Below, piece by piece: positions 24,201-35,800 of a stretch of 64,000 nt of DNA. Position 1 is the first letter of the stretch. The number at the start of each line of letters is the position of its first letter. The stretch is taken from the NCBI RefSeq assembly GCF_964355755.1, contig NC_092677.1, positions 24,291,175 to 24,355,174 on the forward strand, given 5' to 3'. The stretch is from Antedon mediterranea. Lineage: Eukaryota > Animalia > Echinodermata. The translations under genes and the position numbers were made by a program. The notes beneath the pieces were generated by a model that was given only the letters and a program-made list of their open reading frames with translations, was not told the origin of the DNA and made no database searches.

Positions 24201-27168
24201 GGGAAACCATGTTTTGTTCAGTTGATATTGAATAGGATGGAATTTTAATTGCGAGTGTTTCTTTGTTGTTTTCCACTCCCACTTGTTCACTTACTGCCAC
24301 ACTCTCTTCTATTTCTCTTACTTCAGGAATGTTTGTTATTTGCGAATGATCTTGACTGTTTTGAACACCTGTTTTAGGATAATCTGATACAATTTCCACA
24401 TCCGATTGCAAGTCTAGTGTTTCTTGTAGGGATGACTTTTCTATTAGTTCTTCTTCAGCTTCCATCAATTGTGAAACTTGTGTTTCTTGATGTTCCTCAA
24501 CTTCTTCTATATTATTTTCAAAATTTTCACCATCTGTTATTTCATCTATGTTCTCTGAAGGTTCCATTTCCTCTATGTTCTCTGAAAGTTCCATTTCATC
24601 TACGTTCTCTGAAAGTTCCATTTCATCTACGTTCTCTGAAGGTTCCATTTCATCTACGTTCTCTGAAGGTTCCATTTCATCTACATTCTCTGAACGTTCC
24701 ATTTCATCTATGTTCTCTGAAGGTTCCATTTTATCTATGTTCTCTGAAGGTTCCACTTCATCTGTAGGATTATCATTAGCACTTTGACCTTGAGCTTCTT
24801 CTTCTTGATCAGTTGTTTGTTCCATTTTAATATTTTCCACTAGACCTTTTTCTGCATTCCCACGATATTTTGTAACTTCTTCCTCATCGTCATCATCAGG
24901 CTCTTTTTTTAGTTCTCGCTCTGCTACTTTACATGTTTCTTCTTTATCGTCCTCATCTGCCTCTTGTTCTTCATCTTTATCATCATCTGTTTCATTATTT
25001 TCATTCATGTCCATCAAAGAATCGTTACCATTACTTTGGTTCATATTTTCATCTTCGCCATTTTCATCTTTGCCATAGTTTTGTTCGTCAATTTCCTCTT
25101 CCTTTACCTCTACAGTACCTTTCTTCTTTCTGCCCCTCTTTTTTCCCACTTTTACTACACAATGTTTCTTTGGTTTTGGAGGAGAAAAGTGTTCTTCACC
25201 AGGTCGTTTCCTTTTCATTTCATATTTTGGTCCATTGTGTGCTGTTTCAATGTGTTTTGCGATGTTGTCTTTTCTAGATGATGGCCACCCACATTCACCA
25301 CATGAATAAGGCTTAACATGGGTTTTAATGTGTTCCAGCAAGCAATGTTCTGAATCGTAACCTTTTGAACAAATCAAACATACAAATGGTCGTGGTTTGC
25401 TTTTATCAATAGAACCATGAGTTTCAATAAGATATCGAGTGGTTGCATGTGGATCCTTGACAATTTCAATCTCTTTATAGTTTGTAGGTTGACTATTGGG
25501 TTGAATCTGAGTAACAACTTCATCTTTAACCATCTTAGCATCTTTTAATGCCTTCGAAAGTTCATTCTTGACTGTTGCTAATTTCAACGACTTCCTTAGA
25601 TGCCTTTTAGGTCTTTTCCTTCTCTTTCTACCCTTTCTTTTTGGAGGTTCAGATATTATTTTACCAACATTTTTCTTTATGCTACTCATTTTGATTATAA
25701 CAGGTTTAATTGGTTCTTTGGAGGAAGCACTGTCCGTAGAGCTCGCGGAACTATGTTCTTTAAGCACCATTTTGTACACACTTTCTTCATTAGCTTCATT
25801 AGATTCAATTTCAGTTAAAATAACTGGTTCATCTTTATTCTTAATTTGCTCTGTGGATTTTTTTTCTTTAGCGATGTTTGACAATGTAATCTCCTTATCT
25901 TGACTGTGCCATGATTTCTCATGCTTGGCAAGATCAGTTTCATTGGCAAACTTTAAAAGACACACAGCACACACTAATGAATACTTTCCAGTTTCTTCAC
26001 GAGGTTTTTTAGTCTTTGAACAAAATCTGTCATGATGAATTAAGTAGGAAGATCTGTACTGAAATGTTAAGTTGCAGTCATTACAAGGGAACCTGTACCC
26101 AACACCAGCCTCCTTACTATCCTGTCCAGATTCCATATGTCCATCAGTCACAATATGTTTAAAAAGCGAGTCCTTGCTGACAAAAAGACGGCTACACTTT
26201 CCACATTGAAAAACGGATGACATTGCATTTTGGACATCACTGGCCGTAACCTTGCTTAACTTGTTTGCCATTTGAGGCGCTTTCTTCACAACACTTGGGA
26301 TCTTTCCTGTATGAGTATTCTTCTGTGATGTGTGTTGTATTGGTGCCATTGGTACGGCAGATGATGTTGGTTTTATATTAATTTTCTGATGCAAACTTTC
26401 CATCAACATTTTGCGAACAATTGGTGAATTTGCATCATCCAACTGATCCTGTAGATATTGTTGATTCAATTGTGATTGGTGAGCATATCGGTTTGCATTT
26501 TTCGGAGGTGGTACCCATGTTTTATTGACCGACACCTTTTGCTGAAGTCCATCAATCAGCACATTTTGCAAGATTGAATTTTGATGAATGTTATTAGCTA
26601 GTAAGTCCTGTTTATAATGTTCTTGTAGATGTAATGGTTGATTAACCATATGCGGTTGAACTTTGGGTGCAATTTCTATAGGATTACCAATAGGCTGTGT
26701 ATAAAATTGTGATGTTATGGATTTTTGGTAATTATGTACAGAGGGTATAGTGACTTGACTTGCAGCTTGTTGAAGAATAGCTGAAGCTTGTGTGTTTGCA
26801 TTTGGTAAGTGCACCTTCATGGCTGGGTCTGGATTAAGTGTCTTTCCATCCCAATGTGAATTTGGTTGAATTACATTAATTATCAATGGCTCGGATGACT
26901 TGCTAGGCTGGGCTACTACTGGCGTGGTGGGTTGAATTGGAGGTGTTGTAACTGTTTGGTTCATACTTGATGATGGACATTCATTTCCTTTACCAACTAC
27001 TACCAGATTTCCTGATGCATCCATTTTTAACATATCGCCTCTTTGTAGCACTATAATAGTTGGTTTGGTAGCAGAACCGGCTGATGGGGATGTAATTTGC
27101 TGAGTCTGTGGTGGGCTACTCTCTGTGAGGTTTTTCAATCCAGATGCTCCATAATCTGACTGTGTTCC
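21202..27168 (-). CDS. Large multi-cluster C2H2 zinc-finger protein, coding exon 2 (terminal, 1988 aa)
   Basis: The 1978-aa ORF extends in frame to an acceptor ttgttttaaaag|GGA at 27168 (phase 0). Nine fingers: CGKC..H..H, CNDC..H..C, CAVC..H..H, CLIC, CGEC, CHIC, CGEC, CVFSEDC, CDVC. Basic NLS-like runs (KRKGRKRRKRPKR, KKRGRKKK) and acidic and Q/P/S-rich low-complexity regions. Confidence 0.93.
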   Translation of the reverse strand, partial: GTQSDYGASGLKNLTESSPPQTQQITSPSAGSATKPTIIVLQRGDMLKMDASGNLVVVGKGNECPSSSMNQTVTTPPIQPTTPVVAQPSKSSEPLIINVIQPNSHWDGKTLNPDPAMKVHLPNANTQASAILQQAASQVTIPSVHNYQKSITSQFYTQPIGNPIEIAPKVQPHMVNQPLHLQEHYKQDLLANNIHQNSILQNVLIDGLQQKVSVNKTWVPPPKNANRYAHQSQLNQQYLQDQLDDANSPIVRKMLMESLHQKINIKPTSSAVPMAPIQHTSQKNTHTGKIPSVVKKAPQMANKLSKVTASDVQNAMSSVFQCGKCSRLFVSKDSLFKHIVTDGHMESGQDSKEAGVGYRFPCNDCNLTFQYRSSYLIHHDRFCSKTKKPREETGKYSLVCAVCLLKFANETDLAKHEKSWHSQDKEITLSNIAKEKKSTEQIKNKDEPVILTEIESNEANEESVYKMVLKEHSSASSTDSASSKEPIKPVIIKMSSIKKNVGKIISEPPKRKGRKRRKRPKRHLRKSLKLATVKNELSKALKDAKMVKDEVVTQIQPNSQPTNYKEIEIVKDPHATTRYLIETHGSIDKSKPRPFVCLICSKGYDSEHCLLEHIKTHVKPYSCGECGWPSSRKDNIAKHIETAHNGPKYEMKRKRPGEEHFSPPKPKKHCVVKVGKKRGRKKKGTVEVKEEEIDEQNYGKDENGEDENMNQSNGNDSLMDMNENNETDDDKDEEQEADEDDKEETCKVAERELKKEPDDDDEEEVTKYRGNAEKGLVENIKMEQTTDQEEEAQGQSANDNPTDEVEPSENIDKMEPSENIDEMERSENVDEMEPSENVDEMEPSENVDEMELSENVDEMELSENIEEMEPSENIDEITDGENFENNIEEVEEHQETQVSQLMEAEEELIEKSSLQETLDLQSDVEIVSDYPKTGVQNSQDHSQITNIPEVREIEESVAVSEQVGVENNKETLAIKIPSYSISTEQNMVSHIIPEPNPSALTQPILIDVYSTTTSENTKQIQQLNNNQILPAPPPLMRRPDIPRVDLQSKASDSSNSDINAIKPSISSSMPIISSVQSLHNHVNHPYGSASEQSHFQPSLNDQNIYPPNTDLRMVQARGCGFGAGSIQSRPVSYQSDQNVQRGSFLQSMLKAPPANFIRMPNRPEPIRKFYSPQNRVSNNHSDLNYTSNVPYQSNFKSPSTVQNQYMHHSNTFHYPAKTNEMPQQPQFIQSPPIRIQPQKESFTAMLEGFQPMQEVRSPWPYLPPPNGYRGGRTQPSPHHHSPRQACQFQYPSANNSPIVQSPVYNQYRLPNVAVFQDRNQNEMQHKDGSQNGHLYTNNNVMDGSKAHVFQNQNAPTQYLPPPPAYTDNRQVSSNQSIPTNGCSLPMQNNSGEKISTFKATYVTPEHSSPTDILEASVNRLIPELQSDRVSLQNVENNSTHVAPVNIEDVRNETSKQPEVHQECSLGIIHNEKTDGSLSDVVIAEEKTSNSPHDNVTSPKVFSIYTERPYICHICSKGFKRRNNLKDHVRIHSRPYKCGECSFSTTRWQYLGDHLRRSHGFSGDDAELENIFKVSGKKLKPTDEIPETSLMPVTSQVPGSTPEDGQIVSSEFSFESRKRDRPRKRSYGGDLVDFYGQTNCDQDLFSSSDYSTPTITNVCSTAGDLVVKERPDGKSMFATKVNHNVQCPKEEPVETTIEESPQKEVDHVVTSQDIEPKLIKEPDNLLVKEIKVKEVEIKTEAADDASDKMSSISREGEVAVSPFTPTSGVAAVDTDLSKIIVAETGETFEQGSLPDASSLQLSPVSPRRRQTKRSNVEKNVNLTPQKDETENLINIKRESPDKPSITGKEGLVGLDLTDYYIMVDVVKGIRDPRPFKCVFSEDCNKMFKCKQHMREHLFTHLKPYKCDVCKLGFPRTDYLAIHSKEVHGITPSKSKLFEKRRSANTRAVKCRMRPTKDRRRQAVHEDYVLNGEEIDFNDPPQAIVQGIVV
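24541..24762 (-). repeat. Coding 27-bp minisatellite (~8 x DEMEPSENI/V) in the zinc-finger gene
   Basis: Protein reads DEVEPSENI DKMEPSENI DEMERSENV DEMEPSENV DEMEPSENV DEMELSENV DEMELSENI EEMEPSENI; DNA unit ttcatctacgttctctgaaggttccat. Confidence 0.93.
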
Positions 27169-27805
27169 CTTTTAAAACAAATGAGATAGAAATAAAAATT
27201 TAAAATTTTGTTGAGTGGTCTATATCTACCTAGAGTTCAGGAAATCACAAAAGTCCCAAAGATAAATTCAACTTCATTTTGGCACAATAGAAGACATTAA
27301 GCAATTTATCACAGAGACATAATACTGGATTCATTGTGCATGACTATTGGAAAATTTATATTGGGTTTTGTAAATGCTTTCTTTTAAGTTATGACTTATA
27401 TACAACTTAAATATTAAAGAGTCATATAGTTTATATATTAAATTAAATCTAGTTTTATTTTTTTTTTATTTGTATCTCTTTTGGATGTAATTTATCAAGT
27501 GTAAATACAAGTAAAATATTTTAATTAATTGGATAAAAAGTACGAACATTAGCTCTCCTGCTGGAAGGATCACTCTCAGTAAATGAAATGAAATTGAAAC
27601 AAACGTTGGTGATCACTCGTCATTAAAACATTTGATATATAACTTATCGTAGAAACAACCTGGTGGAATTATTCTGACAGGTAGATGAAAATTTTTATAC
27701 ATAATTACAAAGATTTACTTCCGAATTTGATATTGCATAAAGTAAATTTAATAAGTTAATCAAAATATAGTCTTTATTTAAAACATACAATATCTGAACA
27801 TTTAC

Positions 27806-28789
27806 CTCATTGTGGAGCGTGTTTTGGTTCTTCAACAGCGAGTTTGCAATACTAACAGACTGTGGTACAACATTAGAGTTATTTGAATTATCAGTTGATA
27901 GTATAGAAAGATTTGTTGGTAATTTCTTTATTTCTGGTGTAATTTGTAAGTTACTTGCTTGGAATGGTTCATCAAACGGTGGTTCATTTGAAGGACTTTC
28001 GCCACCAAGTAAAGTATTGGCAATATCACAAAAATCTGTGATGTCAGATGCCGCGTCAATAAGACTTTCAATCTTGTCAAACTGCTCTAACTTAGTTGGT
28101 TTGTTAGCTTTACGTCTACGAGACATGGGTGTCTGTTTTAATTGTTGTGAAGAACTAGGCGATTCCTCACTAGTCCCTTCAGTTACATTATCCATATTTG
28201 TTTCACCAACAGTTGATTGTTTACCGCTGAGATTTTTAAGAATTGAATTCAAGGTACCAATTTTTCCAGACTTTTGTGCAACAACTTTGGAATTGTTTTC
28301 ATCTGCGGATTTATTTTCATCAAAAGATGTTTCCGATTCTACAGACATTTTCTCTTCTACAGATGTATTTTCATTTACAATTGTGGTTTCATCAATGGAT
28401 ATATTCTCATCTACAGTTTGGTCAATGAGATTTGTTTCTGGTGGAACATCGCAAGATGTGACATCCATTGAATTTAAAACATTTTCCAAATTTACATCAT
28501 CAGCTTCAATAGCACCTTGCTGATTGCTATCTTCATTATTTAAAACATTATTTGATTCTTTAATTAGTTCTTGTGCCTTTTCTGGATTGTCATTTGTGGA
28601 ATTGTTATCACTGTTTAATTCTAATTCTATGGATTCATGTTGTTGCGCACAAATGTCAATCTCCTTTTCTCCTTCATCTACCACTGGTGTTTTATCACTC
28701 ATGTTTTCATTTTCATTGTTGATTCCTTTCTCTTTGTCATCATTTTCTTGTTTATCTACCAGATGATCCGATAGTGATGAAACTTCCAT
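27806..28789 (-). CDS. Zinc-finger gene coding exon 1 (328 codons, acidic/disordered N-terminus)
   Basis: ATG at 28789 with an in-frame TAA just upstream. Acceptor tctttatcttttag at 28808. Donor GAG|gtaaat at 27806/27805 is phase 0, matching the phase-0 acceptor at 27168 (637-bp intron). Joined protein ~2316 aa. Confidence 0.85.
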
Positions 28790-28933
28790 TCTTTAAACAT
28801 GAACTGTCTAAAAGATAAAGAAAACCAGCATTAAGGGAAATATTTGAAAATATTTTCACATTTACAACTAAAGTAGTGATAAAACTGATGGATAATTAGC
28901 AACCAGCTGAGTTATTCTATCGTCTCCCTCTAA

Positions 28934-29429
28934 TGCTTGGTTCCTGTTAGGATGCAGTGGAATTGTAGCTTGGTGGTTATAATGCTCAGCTCAATCAATC
29001 AAGTTCAAGTCCTGTCATGTCAGGATTTTTTAACGACAAATTAGAACTCCACTCCTAAAGAAATTTAGAGACCTAAAGACTTTTTCTCATTCCTGTTGAA
29101 TGAGAAATTGATTCAAACGTTGAGAAACTTATCAGTTCCTTTTAGAACAATGATGTACCCCAAACTGTATATCAACAAATAAGACTTTGTTTATGTAGAG
29201 CATCTTGTGTGTTTGTATTGTGAACAGGATTGCCACCTTTAGGAAGGATAGTGAATGAATTGGCCTATGGTTATCCCTGGCAATTTGTCTAAATATATAT
29301 AAAAAAAGAAAACTCAAGGATGCAAGCGAATTGACCATGACAAGCGACAGTTTGAATAATAAATAGTTTGTGAATGTAAAATTACTGAATACTAATGTCC
29401 TTGCATTGCATCCTAGTGGGAACCAAGCT
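28934..29429. mobile_element. PIF/Harbinger-like MITE (TAA TSD)
   Basis: Left taa|tgcttggttcctgttaggatgcagtg matches the reverse complement of right cattgcatcctagtgggaaccaagct|taa. Same terminal motif as 58617-58801. Confidence 0.65.
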
Positions 29430-29617
29430 TAAGTGGAAATTCCCCCCACACCTTTATTTTTTATATGGAAAAATAAAGATAATGTATACCTGTATTATTC
29501 AGGCTATTTTATTAACTAGAGGTTAAAACTGCATTTCTCCAAAACATTTTTTAAGATTGTATAATAGCACCCTCTATAATTTCATGCATTTTTTTCCCCA
29601 ATATTTTTATAATACCA

Positions 29618-29880
29618 GCATGAATTGCACGCTTATCGATTGATACAGTATTTTAATTTTGCTTCTGTGATGCACCCACTTTTGATCGATCACAAAAGAA
29701 AAACAAATGGAATAAGTAACTTTTCAGCGAGAATACCGGGTCTTCCCCAATTAAAGACAATTAATACAGCAACTAGACAACGGCAGGCTAGGCCTGGCAT
29801 ACGGTGTTTGAATGTTACCGATGTTTACCAGCTAGGCCTACGAAACTAAGCCTAGCTAGGCTAGGCCTAAGACTGTTCGA
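29618..29880 (-). mobile_element. Fragment of the Kolobok-like non-autonomous family (see 56079-56704)
   Basis: Reverse complement of the internal part of 56079-56704, e.g. accgatgtttaccagctaggcctacgaaactaagcctagctaggctaggcct and cacccacttttgatcgatc. Confidence 0.75.
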
Positions 29881-32800
29881 AAAAGGCCATTCTATGGGAG
29901 CTACTTAGATGGTTCATTGTTTTTCACTTTTTTTCAAAATTAACCATAAAACATACATTTAAGACAAGGAATGACCTGGTTAATGTTTTTAAATTAATAT
30001 GCATTATATTTACAAAATGTTGGGAAAGTGTCCTTAAATAATATAACTGAAATACTACTATTACTACATTTAGTAATTTGTACAGAATTATTAACAAATA
30101 AATATTAATAATCAAAGTTAACTAACTAACTTTTCTGGCTGTTTACTTTATCGTTTTGATTTAGCTTTTCGCTTTTTTTTTTTTTTTTGGTATCTCCATT
30201 GAGATCCAGCCACTGATACCCACAGCATTGTCATTTTTTTCAGTACCGGTAATTTGCCTTTGGATTAATAATCAAAGTTAAATACATATTTTTCAACACA
30301 CTAAGTTTAGCTATAGACATGCAACACATTCAATATTTACTGTACGTATACAGTACATTTGTGCTTTTCTTGCCTCTATAATATACTGTACTGTAATTAA
30401 TTTGAAAAAACGATTAATTAGATTGTAATTTTGGTGGGAATTATCGAAAGGGAACAAGGTTGTATGGGAAGGTTTGTAAGGGTGTCATACATAGGAAGTG
30501 ACACCAGCAAGCAGGACTATCATATTTACATTAAGCCGTGACTTAGCTTACCAAATGTGGAAGCTGTTCGGTCACCTCAAGGCAATCCATGTTAATTACG
30601 AAAGCAAATCAAGCATAGCTAATACCAATCCAGCTGGGACAAATCAGACGTATTGTTTTGGCACCCCTTGTACTACCACTGTAGTGCAAGGCATTTCAGT
30701 GCATTTGTAACGAAAAAACTCGTTATATCTTATACTATTCAACAGATAAAGTGAAACGACAACACCGTTTTAACTCATATGTTTTCTACAACAATTGTGT
30801 ATAAAAAAAGCAAATAATTTGGATTTCCAATTATAAAATATAGATGATAGCAAAATATTAACGCATTTTGATGGCAATAATTACCAGAGTCTTTTGTACA
30901 GAATTCCTTTTTCGTACCAATTAATAAAAATATGGAATGTAACTATAGCTTGTCACACATCATGATCAATTTGTTATTAGTATTGTGCGACAAAAAATAC
31001 ATTATAAATTGAGAATTTTAAATTTAATTAATTAAACCACTTTCAAAATAATTTATGCACCTACCCACGAAAGCGTACTGTAGTGTTAAATGACGGGAAG
31101 TAAATTCTCGTGCAATTTCAATCCATAGCGCTAGCTGTGATTAACTTGCCTGTGCAGTCAGCCGTAACATACTCAATTTTGATACTTATAAAAACGCACA
31201 TTTATTTTATAACATTTGGTAGAACCAAGCAGCACATATTATTAGAAAAAAAATGAACTTCGCAAAATAATGACTAGATTTGAAAAACGTAGAATTTCCA
31301 GTAGGTCCCTTACAAAATGTATAATGTAAAAGCAACAAATTAAATTTCCCGGTGCACAGTCATACATAATTTCCTGTGTTTGAGGTCAGTACACGCATAA
31401 GTTCTCTTCTCTCCTCAGGCGTAGCATTTCGGCACTGATTTAGCTTGCAATTTTTGCGAACATAAACATTTACATAAGAAATTCTGAATAATCTTTATTG
31501 CGTAAAACATTAGGAAGCTTCTTTAAATGATATAGTTGACAAACATCACTAATTTATAATATTACGAAAGACGAAAACAAAAATTTATAATACGTCTAGC
31601 TTTTAAAAGAAAAATGGACGTCATAAACGTTTGTTAAAACATATTCTCATTCATTAAATATTAATATATTATAAAAGGATAAACGGCCGAAAACGAACAA
31701 AAGAGTTAAATAAAGAAAGTTTGCGAAAAATGATTAATAAAGTAAACTAGCAGGTCGACAAGTTTCGGAATTCTGTAATGTGTAATTCCTTGAAGAATTG
31801 TTTACAGCGTCCAGATGGTTAAGCACACACAAACGTTTAATTATTATTATAAAGTCAACAAGTTATTTGAAGCACTAGCACAGTATCATTCAACATGGAC
31901 ACACTAGTCGTAAACATTTTGTATTTAACTTGCGGTTTTAGATAATCATTTTAATTTGACAACATACTTCCTAAAAAAATTTGTAATGACGCAAGAATTC
32001 TAAAAAAAAATCAAGCAAATAAAATGAATTTTACGCATCTTCGGCTTTACAATTGAAATAAAATATTATAATCAGATATATTTGTAATTTTGACTTAAAG
32101 TGTGGCTTCATGTAATATATTTTTGTAAGAATACGATTTTACAAAATGCATGAACATTGTTTATTAAAAGCATAGTTATATTTTTATTACAAATTTGAAA
32201 ATATTGATACTTTTTTCCCAGGGTGTTAGAGCAATGGTCAATCCAGGCAACTGCATATCTATTAGCTGGATACAGACTATTAAAAGGTTTTTATCAGTCA
32301 GCGAGGCTGGTAAGGTTGTTATGGTCAATGTAAAAAGAAGTCAAGTTTTGTACTCTATAAAAATGCTGGTCATTTAAACTAGCTTCAAAGACCTTGAAAT
32401 GAAGGGTAAACATCTACAGTAGCTTGTTGGAGCTACTAGCCTGTGACCATTTTCAGGGATCATATCCAACTTTCAATTTCATTTGAATATTCAAAGACTT
32501 GCGTGTCGTATTATGCAGCTGCTGAAGCTGACTCATCAATAGAGGCCTTGCAGTAAATCGCAGCGACATATTTTTAAAACTCTTTTTTTTTTAGAATGGA
32601 TCGTAGAAGAGAATTGAGAAATGCAAAAAAATACCGAGCTGTTCTGCATGTCATACGAAGCACGATAAACTAATTTATTTATGTTGGCTTGCTCGTTTGT
32701 TGGAAACGTTTTGCAATAAAAACAAGAGGCCTGGTTTACTCTTGAAACTATACGTAAATATATTATTCATGATGCTACAAAAATATTCTAATCTTTTGAT

Positions 32801-35800
32801 AACGTGAGACATTTTTATAAGAGGAATATCTTTTATACGTTACTTTGTTTCATCTGTGTGTGCACAGCATAGCATATTTAAAATAATTGTGTTCATAAAA
32901 TTATTTAGTTTAAGAATGTTGATTTATTATCCACGGTATTCAATGTGTTTTCGTTTTTAAAAGGTACAAGAGAATTGTTTATATTTTACTATCCTGAAAA
33001 CGTATTTGGCTATACAGGCCAAGAGATGAGGAAGACTTAACTATTGTTGTATATAGCATAGCATTTGAAATAAATTTGAAGTAAACATACATAAATTGAA
33101 ATTAGCATTTCAGTACAATATTACGGGTAAAAAAACCTCCCGAAAAAATACTTTTTCCAATGATAAATCAAAATTAAGTATTTAAACTAAAGATAAAGAT
33201 CACACAATAAAATTATGCAGCTTGCTAGTCAAATTCTTGCGCGATGAAATTCTTCACATTGCATTAATTTCATTCAACCGAAGCAATCGCGTGTACTCAC
33301 TCACTAAGCTATTGCCAGTGTACAAACAGTACTCTTTCATCATGCCATACTAAATTATTTTCGCATATCATAATTATTTTAAACAGGATCCTTGTTTGTA
33401 TTTTTTCTGATTTTTGACAAAAATGTAATGTTTAATTTGATTTTAGATGTATAAATAACTGATTACTGTGTTAAAAAGTAATTAGCAATATATAATCACT
33501 TATGTTGGGATTAATCTTGGTGAAAAATCATTTTTATTTTATTAAACATAGATCAAAATTACAGATTGACAGTCAGATGTTGTAATTCATTAAAAATATA
33601 TTTAAAAAAAGGAAAGCATAGTGTTTGTTTCCGGGTGTGCGTGTGTATGGTTTCGGGTAGGTAAATTCAAGTAAACTTAAAGTAAAGTAAAGTAAGTAAC
33701 CAATTTCTAGCCGTATTACTATTCGTTAAAAAGAAGTCAAATTTAAAATAAATTCTTTGGAAATTACCGCAGACCAACAATAATGCATGTTTCAACGTTT
33801 ACCACGCGTGGTACAATTTTAAAATATTGAATAACCAACATGGGACATGTTTCTACTCCAATTTTACTAACTATTCTAGTGTTCACTTGTACAGTAAACA
33901 TAAAACCCTAGATTGGCTCTAAAATAAATTACTCAGCTGTACGTACATTATAGTCATGCAGACAAGATTTTGGTAAAAAACAGGATAGTTTACTTGAGTA
34001 GTGTTTTACTCAACTTAGTTAAAGTATTAGGCTATATAATGGCAACAATGAATTTGCTATATTTTATGCAAAAAACCACGGTTAATTTGAAACAAATCAG
34101 TTTCTAAAAATAAAAATCATTAAGCAAATTAACATAAGAAATGTTTATTTGTCTACGGTGCCAACGCAATTGATATTTTTATAAGTTATTTATAATACAC
34201 TGTATCTCTATATTTGACCAGTCGCATACGAATGAACGTTATACGGAAAATATGCTAATTTATGCTGAGAATAATACAATAGGCCTACCAACGCTGGTAC
34301 AGTAATATTAAATCACGCACAATGATACACTCGACACATGGGTCATTTTGAACTGATGATATAAAACTAGATTCTGTTGATACATTCATCAAAACAGATG
34401 GTATCGAATTTAATCACCTTAAAAAAATAATCCAAATTAAAAAAAATATATTTAAAATTATAACTCAGATGAATTTGTGGCTAAGAAATGCGCACAATTT
34501 TCACAATGTAAATGAAAAATATCCAAAGAGACAGCGATTACGACTAAAATCAACAATATATTTTTTTATTACACATGAAAGCGAAACCTGCTTTTTTCTT
34601 TTATTTATTTTTCTATGCAAACGGTTTCTGTAAAGTGGAGAGATTGAAGTCCGTCCCTAACGTATGTGAAATATTAGCCGCGTGATGTCTGCAACACAAT
34701 GAAATCATATCACATGTTTATCAAACAAAATTTTAAAATAATGTTCACAAACAGTTCATATACAGTTGACGCAAGATATTATGGAGTACAGTATTAATGC
34801 GAAAAAAGATTCACCGAAAAAAAGAATGAAATATTAAGTGTGATGTGCAACCGCACCTAATCCATGAAATGGTATAGCCCGCAACCTTTGACAAGCTAAC
34901 CATCATCATGCACAAACACGGATCAATTCACATGAGATACGCTTTCCATATAAGGAGAAAATCTTTACCAGCCAATGAAGGACACAAGCTAAATGACCTT
35001 TGGCTGGGAAATTCTTTGCACACGGTACTAGCCTAGACAGCTTGTTAACAGAACTGAGGGGCCTAAAAAGGGAACCAAAGAAACAGCAATGAAATAACCA
35101 TTGTTTCCTTTCTATCCTTCTCACTTTGATTTAACAGACTGCAAGCAAGGAAGTGTGGTTACTGATCTGACTAAAAACAATAGTATTTCTCAATCCACTT
35201 GTCCAATATACACTTTTTTTGCGCAACATTGTTTTCTTTAAAATCAAGTCTGAATTTGATTTGATGAACATTGCCAATTGACTGTTTAGTAATTTACGTT
35301 AATACTGTTGTAGATTTTATTAAAAAATTCAATATTACGATAGGCCTAAAAATGCATTTTTCCTCGAACTGATTGCCAGCATATTCAATCAATCAATTTT
35401 CTATTGTATTTTATAGAGGCTTGTATTTTTAAGGGTAAACATTTTTTTGTACATTTTTACACTCAATATCAATACAGTTTACAGTACTATTAGAATTACA
35501 AAAGTACACTGTTTACAAGTAGTAAACAATTAAAAACTAATTAATAACAAGATTATGTAATGTTACATAACGATTTGTAATTCAAAGAAGTTAAATCCAG
35601 GACCACAAAACATCTATTGTCTACTAAGAATCCACAAACTAAACATTTTGTCTATTATTAGTATGAAAATATACTTTCACATACTTAGTCCATTTTGGGA
35701 TAAATTTTAATAAACGTTTGCATGTCAAAATTATGATATAATTAATTAATTAATTGAAGATTACTTTAATTTATACAATATGGATATGAAATATCGAAAT

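Noticed and set aside
27695-27805. C-terminal tail of the 364-aa ORF (VNVQILYVLNKDY...)
   Set aside because: Read-through into an AT-rich intron past the GAG|gtaaat donor.
21175-28766. Plus-strand and alternative-frame ORFs overlapping the zinc-finger exons
   Set aside because: Antisense or shadow frames of a long, biased coding sequence and its 27-bp repeat.
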